Source: the human T2T-CHM13v2.0 reference genome, Homo sapiens. Taken from it: 64,000 nucleotides of DNA. The DNA is taken from the NCBI RefSeq assembly GCF_009914755.1, contig NC_060933.1; one strand, given 5' to 3'. A program made the translations under genes and the position numbers. Position 1 is the first letter of the stretch, and each line of letters begins with the position of its first letter. Shown one piece after another: positions 56,667 to 64,000 of the stretch. The notes under the pieces are model-generated. The model did not search any database. It was not told the origin of the DNA and saw only the letters and a list, made by a program, of their open reading frames with translations.

Positions 56667-56845
56667 GCAGTGTTTGTGAAACTTTAGTGTATATGAAGAC
56701 ATTCAGTGATGATTACCAAACAGATTCTAAGACCCATCCACAGAGTTTCTGGTGCAGTAGGCCTGGTAGAGAGCCTGGGAATTTACGTTTCTAAAGTTTC
56801 TAGGTGATGATGATGGTCTAGTCTACAGTTTGAAAACCACTACTT
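56667..56845. mobile_element. MER5A
   Basis: 'gcagtgtttgtgaaactttagtg...cagagtttctggtgcagtaggcctgg...tttgaaaaccact'. Confidence 0.8.
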
Positions 56846-57610
56846 AGATCATTCATACAAGCTAAATTAGGATACTTTTCAGTAAGGAGTAATTAGCAAG
56901 GTGTGGAGAAAGAAATGGGCACATAGCTCCAAAAGCAGTAGACATTTGCCTAGAAAGCACATTGCCTAAGGACTATCAATTATGACATGTGTTTTTAGAA
57001 AACTCTGCCTGATCTACCTCACAGATCAATCTAATTAGAGGAAAGTTTCTTTGCCTATTGCTAAATGCATGCAATTTGAAACTACAGGATTGCTACCCTC
57101 CTCCAAATGAAAACAGGCTGAGATGAAGCAACACTCCCCTCAATTTGATAAACTACTCATTGCAGAGCAGGCTTGAGCTGTAGAAAGCATAAGCAAACAA
57201 AGTAACTCACAAACAAAATCAATTCAACAGCACTATACGTTAACTTAAAAAACACCTGCTCTCACTATACAGTCATAAATTACCTTCAGAAAATGAGAAA
57301 TTATATCCAAGATCTGACACAGTCCTTCCTGATGTGTATTATTCAGACCCTTTAGATGCGGATTACTTGACTCCAAAGCTTTCCTAGTAAGAACATTATG
57401 ATTAAATTTTTACTTTCTAAATTTTACTTTTATGTAGATGAAAAACATAGGAGAAACTATATATATTATTAGATATTGGCAAATCTACTATCTTAATTTC
57501 CTTCATAGCACATATTATGGAGAGGAAATTCTAAGTACCAATAATTTCACACCATTCCTGTGTGAAATCCTTCCTGTGTGTTGACACGTAGAGTATATTT
57601 GCAAACAGGT

Positions 57611-57611
<1 letters not shown>

Positions 57612-57649
<38 letters not shown>
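57612..57649. repeat. (CA)19 microsatellite within a longer purine-pyrimidine alternating region
   Basis: Read directly from the sequence. Confidence 0.97.
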
Positions 57650-57655
<6 letters not shown>

Positions 57656-58271
57656 CTCATGCATATGTAGATATGTGCATGAAATTAACACACACATATA
57701 TACACGCATGTTCATGCACATATTGTCCTTCTAAGAAACTCTTTAAGGGCTGAAAATAAGATAATCAGGTGTCTTGCTTCTGTCTTCTTTAGCAGAGTGT
57801 GCCTTTGCATATTTCGAGGTTTCCCCAGGAAGATGCAGAAAGTATAAGTCACACCCTTACAGCACTGAGTCAGCATCAATCTGGCAACCGCTGCTTTATT
57901 TGTGCGGGAACCCCTTCCATGCCATGCTTGGTATTCTCCAAACCTGTTTTAAGATCAATGTTATTAATATTTCTCATTAGGTGATTGTAATCACCACTGT
58001 TTTCTTTCATAGAAAATGCTTGTAAAAATAGCATGAAATTCTCAAAATGGTTTAGATGAAAGAAAAAAAATGAAGTAGTATGGAAAATGCCTTAAGTCTT
58101 TTTATTATTTTTTAAAGGAGGATATTAAAATGTTCACCCTGAAGCTTATCAAATGTTTTGGAGATTCTTTGTACATCTATTCAGTAGTTATAAATTTGAG
58201 TACTCCATGCTGCTTCCACGATGGGCATATTTTCAGCAACTTTATATGAAGAAGAGGGATTTTTGGGTTGT

Positions 58272-58285
58272 GTTGTCATGGTAAC
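58272..58285. promoter_or_regulatory. Candidate RFX X-box
   Basis: GTTGTCATGGTAAC, close to the palindromic GTTGCCATGGCAAC consensus. Confidence 0.5.
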
Positions 58286-58411
58286 CCTATATTCAAGGTT
58301 GAAAAGCTTTATTGAATGTTTTGGGTATTTCTCCATCGCAGCCTTCATTTAATAGATTTTGATGTTCAAATGTTTAAATATACTACTTCATCTCTGATAG
58401 TGTTATTTGGC

Positions 58412-58488
58412 CATATATATACATATATATATACATACACATATATATAATACACATATATATGTGCTATATGTATGTATATATATGC
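58412..58488. repeat. (TA/CA/TG) low-complexity tract
   Basis: Read directly from the sequence. Confidence 0.85.
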
Positions 58489-60364
58489 AAATATTGTTTA
58501 CATGTTTATATACCTACAGGAAAGAAAATTGATAAATATGATTTTTCTTTCTCTTCCTCTATTCCTTTTGGCACCTAAGGTTTTTCATTTGTGAAAAGCA
58601 AAAGAAGATATATAGATAGATACAGTTTCAGATATAGAGAAAATAGATGGCCTCTTATTTATATCTCACAATAGTACCACAATGTATTTCTAAAAGTGCT
58701 GTTGTTTTTCCCACACTATTCTCTTTATTCAAAGGGGTGGAGATGCTACAAGGGTAAGGGTCAATAGGGCTCAGAGGGGATCAATAAGTGATATGAGAAA
58801 AGCACAGTTGCTCCTATTTGTCCTTTTTACAAAAATTCCTTGCTATAACCCAGCATTCCTGGAAACATTTTCCTAAGGAATGCATGCGTCCCATCAAGGG
58901 TGAATTAGAGTTTCAAGGTAAAAAGAACTTTGTTGTTAAATATATTAGGATGATGCTGAATTAGATAAAGGATTTAATATTCTTCTGTGTATTGTCGTGT
59001 CTTTGAAGGATCAAATAGTCATACCCAAATATTTTGACAAGGAACCTTGGAGACGGGTCACCTACAGAGCAGACTTTGGGAAATGCTGCTTTCTTGCATA
59101 TTTCTAACAGGTTTCTACCATTCCAAATGTGAGCAGGATCAGAAGGAGATTCCTAAGTGGGTCAGCAAAGTGATACTTAAATCACATTTTGTCTTTCTCC
59201 ATATATTTGAAGACACAGGTCTTTCAAAACAAAATCGGAGCTCATTTGAGGAAAATTAGAGACCTCTTAGCAATAGGTCCCTCATCCGCTAGAAAATCAC
59301 CTCTGTGCGTGTAATCTCAGGAAACTATAGCAGCAACTGCAAAATGTCTCCGAGAGAGAACTTATCCTAAAATTCTGCCCTGAGAGTGATTCTAAGGAAA
59401 CAAACTAACTACAGGGCAGGATATATATGAGAGGGAAATTTGAGGGCCTCCCTCATATGAATGCTGCTGTTTTCCCTACTCACACATTTTAAACTGTAAT
59501 TTAAGCCTTTTATTATCTAGTACAGTAACTACAGTAATGGGAGCCTAGAGAATAATTTTCAATCAAATATAATTTCCTGTGAAATTTTGAAGAAAAAAAT
59601 ACTTCATTACTGAGGCTGATGCTTATGCCTCTTGGATTATGATTCGTGGAGACAATCTTTCCAATCTTGTGCAAAACTATCAGAAATCACTCCTTGCACT
59701 ATTTCAATATACAGTTTAAAAACATGCTTTGAACTTCTTATTCTGTACTGAAACCCTTTAATAAGTACAACTTTGTTATGATGATAATGAGTATTATTTA
59801 ATACTTATCATATCCAACCCTAAAATAGTTTCTGCACAGCAGGGCTATTTTAGAAGTACAATCCCAAATAAAAACCATAAACTGGGGTGTTGGTGATTCA
59901 CATCAGAGAAAACAACCACTATCATATATATTTACATCAAAAATTGTTAGCCACAGGGAGTTGTTCTTCCTGACTTCACCATCCAGTTCTCAACCAGCAT
60001 CTTTCTCACCGTTGCATGACATACTTCCAGGAATGAGTAGGAATGTTGCTGAAGGAAGAGGCAGAGTGGACACTGTCAGTCTTATCGTGCCATTTTTACA
60101 CCACAGCACCATAGCTTTGCTCAGGGAAGAATAATCTTTCTGTCAAAGAATCCAATTCACAACTGAATTGTTAGTTGCTGGGTGCTTCAAGGTCTAAAAT
60201 CTGTCCAAATCAATTGTTCTCTTCTTACCTTAAAGCGTCAGTTTCCCCAAAGCTCACTAGCTGAATCTGAAGAGTACATGTACTCACATAATACAGCTTT
60301 TTTCAGTCACTTTGCCTGATTGATTTCTCCATCACAGTGAGTTAAGGAAGGGAAGTTCAGTGGT

Positions 60365-60805
60365 TGTTGGTGGTACCCAAGGCAGATCCCCTTTACCAGA
60401 CTGCGAGCTTATCCCCAATTGTTGTGAGTGTTTTGTGCTAATGACTCACAGCCTCCCCCTTCTCTAGAGAATTTCCCTTAGCACCAACTGAGCCACTGGG
60501 TGGAGAAATAACCAGCTGGTTTGTCCAAGCCTCTCCCAGTTTTTAGCACTGAGAGTTCTGCAACAGGGAAAACGTCTTAGTCTCCAGTAACTGCAGTGGT
60601 TGGTCGTTCCCATTGTCCTCCCTTATGACTGATACAAGAAGACCCCACAGGGGTGGCCTTGAGATGACTCTAGACATTGTTACTTGTCTCCCACCCCTTC
60701 TCTGTCCTGCTTCCTCATTCTCTTTTTCCTTAGAGCGCTCCTTCCACAAATCACTTGCTCCCAAACTCTTGTCACAGGCTGAGGAACCCTATCTTACCTA
60801 AAACA
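60365..60805 (+). mobile_element. LTR16C-like ERVL LTR with a nested MER81-like MITE (~60505-60612)
   Basis: 'cagatcccctttacc...ctaatgactcacagc...ttccacaaatcacttg...acctaaaaca' is LTR16-like. Internal 'cccagtttttagcactgagagtt...ggttggtc' is MER81-like. Confidence 0.7.
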
Positions 60806-60854
60806 GAATATGTGTCAGTACTAGACAAGGGCTCCAGGAAGGCAGCAAAATCGG

Positions 60855-61075
60855 GTGGAAACTATGGGTTTTGAGGTAAAACTCACCTGTTTACATGCCA
60901 CATTTTTTCCTTGCAAGATATGTGATCTTAGACAAGTTGCTAAAACTCTTTCTTCCTCAATTTCCTCTTCTGTTAAATGGTGATAGTAACATCTGTTTTA
61001 TGGGGTTTTATGATTATTTTAAAATAAATAACATTTTGGACATATTGTCAGTGCTTAGTAAATGGTACTTTTTGT
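60855..61075 (+). mobile_element. MIR
   Basis: Core 'tgtgatcttagacaagttgctaaaactc...cctcaatttcctcttctgttaaatgg'. Confidence 0.8.
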
Positions 61076-61454
61076 GAAAAACTTCAGCATTTATTTGAAA
61101 GTGGGTGCTCAGTTAAGTCGTGCACTGAGTACACATTAATTGCATTAACTTACCCACCCCATATAGACATTTTATCATTATAATCTGAAAACATTTTTAA
61201 AAATCCATTACAAATCTGATTTCAGATATATACATGTGAATTTTTTCAATCTTACCAAACTATAAGACAATTTGGATTTGATCAAGATTCTGATCTGATC
61301 AAGACTCCCTTATCTCTCAAATTTGATTTTAGAAATGGAAAAGTCTTAGATTTTAAAGCTATGTAATTTTTTAAAATAAGCACATATTTCGGAAATAATG
61401 AGCAGGCCAATTTTGGGGGTAAATCTCAAAATAATAATTATTATTATAAAAGCT

Positions 61455-62020
61455 ATTTTTGTTGTGATGATAAGAATCCAACATGAGCTCTACCATCTAA
61501 AATTGTTAAGTGCATGACACAATATTGTTAACTATGGGTACAATGTTGTGCAGTGGATTTCTAGAAATTATTCATTTTTCATAACTGAAACTTTTTACCA
61601 TTTCTCCCTCCCTGCAGCCCCTGCTAACCACCATTCTATGCTCTGTTTTTATGAATTTAACTATTTTAAATAACTCATTTGAATGGAATCATACAGTTGT
61701 CCTGTGACAAATTTCACTTAGCATAATGTCCTGATGTTTTCTCCATGCTGTTGCATATGACAGGATTGTCTCCTTTTTTAAAGGCTGAATAATATTTCAT
61801 TGTATGTGTATACCACATTTTATGTATCCACTCATTCATCAGTGAATATTTAGATTATTTCCACATCTTGGCAATTGTGAAAAATGCTGTAATGAACAGT
61901 GTTAATATTTTTTCAAAATCCTGATTTCAATTCTTTTGGATATAGATACAGAAGTGGGATTGCTGAATCATGTGGTAGTTCTGTTTTTAATTTTTTAAGG
62001 AACTCTTTGAATTTTCCCAT
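61455..62020 (-). mobile_element. Old L1 3' end (L1MA9/L1MB class)
   Basis: 'accaccattctatgctctg...atttcacttagcataatgtcc...ggctgaataatatttcattgtatgtgtataccacattt'. Confidence 0.85.
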
Positions 62021-63452
62021 AGTTTTTTATAGATGTATACATCAAGATCCATATTTAGAATAAAAGATCTGAAATGAGAACGGTATTCTAAAAAACTTGT
62101 TAACGATAACTTTTACTTATCAAGCTCTTTCTGTGTAGTTCTGTGACATGTATATTACATACATAATTCTTAATTCTCACAAACCTGGAGCAGTGAGAGT
62201 ACCAGTCTTACCAAGAAGGGAACTGAGACTCAAGCTAATTAAGGCCATAGAGTAAAGGGAGAATGAGTAGAAGAAATAACCGGGAGGAGGAAAATCAAAA
62301 TGCAATCACAGGAGTTTCTAGAAATTTCTCTTTAACTAGAGATCATTAAAATTAAGTCATCTTGCAACCAATGTAACTTTTGTATGATCATTTCACATTT
62401 AGAAATAGGCCCTTCTCTTTCACTACTGACTTCTTGGAATCCAGCAATTATGATATATCATTATAACTATTTAAAAATTATTTATCTGTCACACCTGATT
62501 TCTGCTCATTCCTCGTACCTAGTAAAACTAGAGCGTTTACCTAGTAAAACAAGCCACATAAGCCTCCTCCTCACTATCAAACAGCTGTTCATCCACCAAC
62601 AATCTTTATTGAGGACAGAGCAGAATACTTGGCATTTTAGTAGGTTTTACAGCTATTCAAATATGATTAATTTAAATACCAATTTTATCTAGAAACCATA
62701 GACTCTGGCACCAACTCTAAAAACAGGAGAGGAAAAGAGTGTTCAAGTCTTACGTGTAGAGGCCTACGAGTAGCTTTTTTTTTTTTTCATAAAGCCTAAT
62801 TTATGAGCTTATAATTGACTAGTGAGCATCATGCTTTAATTATGATTTTGAAAAGGCCCTGGCAGTAGACTAGCTCTGACAGCCAGTGACACGGTGTGGG
62901 CTTAAGAGAATAGGTATTTATACAGGCAGTGTCAATCACCAAGTACAAGCCATTTCAACTGCCTGTCCCAATCAGGGCCAGCATCCAAAAGTATAGCAAT
63001 TAGAATGAGTAGATGAAAAACACCGGGGACATTACAATAGAAGCCCATGGCCAGGGGAACCCACAAGAAAGCACAAAATGTCACCTTCGTGCAGTTATTT
63101 TAATACTGATGAGACAAACTGAAGTCCTTTCAAATGGGGCCACTTAATTTGTTGAAATAGAGAACAAAGAGTCAATTTAATAAAATCAAAGGGCATACGT
63201 TTCCCCCAAAATTTAGCAATTCAACCTGATGTCATTGTCATATATGACAATAACCTCTTACCACAGAATCTAACCACTTAATATTATATATGAGCCAATA
63301 TTTGATCTTATATCATAATAACCACTGGATGCTGAAGACAGAATAATTACAATTCATTAATGTATTCAGGAAAGTTAAGTAGTTACATTGTTCTCCCTTT
63401 TTTCCAGCATTTAGTTAAAAAGAAGGAAAGCAGGGTCTTAGTTGAAAAAGCA

Positions 63453-63640
63453 CTATATATATATATAGTGCTTTATATATATATATTTTATATATAAGAT
63501 ATGTATTTTATATATAATATATGTATTTTATATACAATACATAAGATATGTATTGTATATACAATACATAAGATATGTATTGTATATACAATATATAAGA
63601 TGTATTTTATATATAAATGCATTTATATAAATATATATGC

Positions 63641-63677
<37 letters not shown>
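63453..63677. repeat. TA-rich expanded Alu tail with 20-bp and 27-bp tandem units
   Basis: 'tatatacaatacataagatatgtattg' about three times from 63529; (TA)n runs. Confidence 0.9.
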
Positions 63678-63972
<295 letters not shown>

Positions 63973-64000
63973 TGAAAAAGCATTATATTTAGAGTCAGAA

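Noticed and set aside
59820-59853. Inverted CTAAAATAG / CTATTTTAG pair as MEF2 sites
   Set aside because: Each is one base short of the 10-bp MEF2 consensus.

Overview
This is AT-rich, CpG-poor human genomic DNA. The species call rests on an AluYb8, a human-specific subfamily, at 45591-45910. The window looks intronic or intergenic: I find no recognisable host protein-coding exon, rRNA, tRNA, CRISPR array or prokaryotic system. It opens with a near full-length but dead L1PA7-like LINE-1 (1-6025). A multi-layer nest of L1, Alu and MER5 insertions follows (about 6.9-14.7 kb). The rest is unique sequence interspersed with Alus (8 in the whole window), three solo ERVL-type LTRs (MER74-, MER68- and LTR16-like), HAL1, L2/MIR fossils, DNA-transposon fossils and microsatellites, including a ~680 bp TA-rich tract. 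Nearly all ORFs in the track are L1/Alu fragments or chance ORFs. The best leads are: the young AluYb8 (possibly polymorphic); a MER74 LTR followed by a perfect splice donor; an NR5A/SOX motif cluster at ~52.6 kb flanked by outward-facing splice donors; strong CTCF and RFX motifs; two enhancer-like patches; an inverted Alu pair; and cruciform-prone AT palindromes. I see no convincing evidence of a novel biological system. Repeat subfamily names are from memory of consensus sequences and boundaries of old repeats are approximate; RepeatMasker/Dfam should confirm them.
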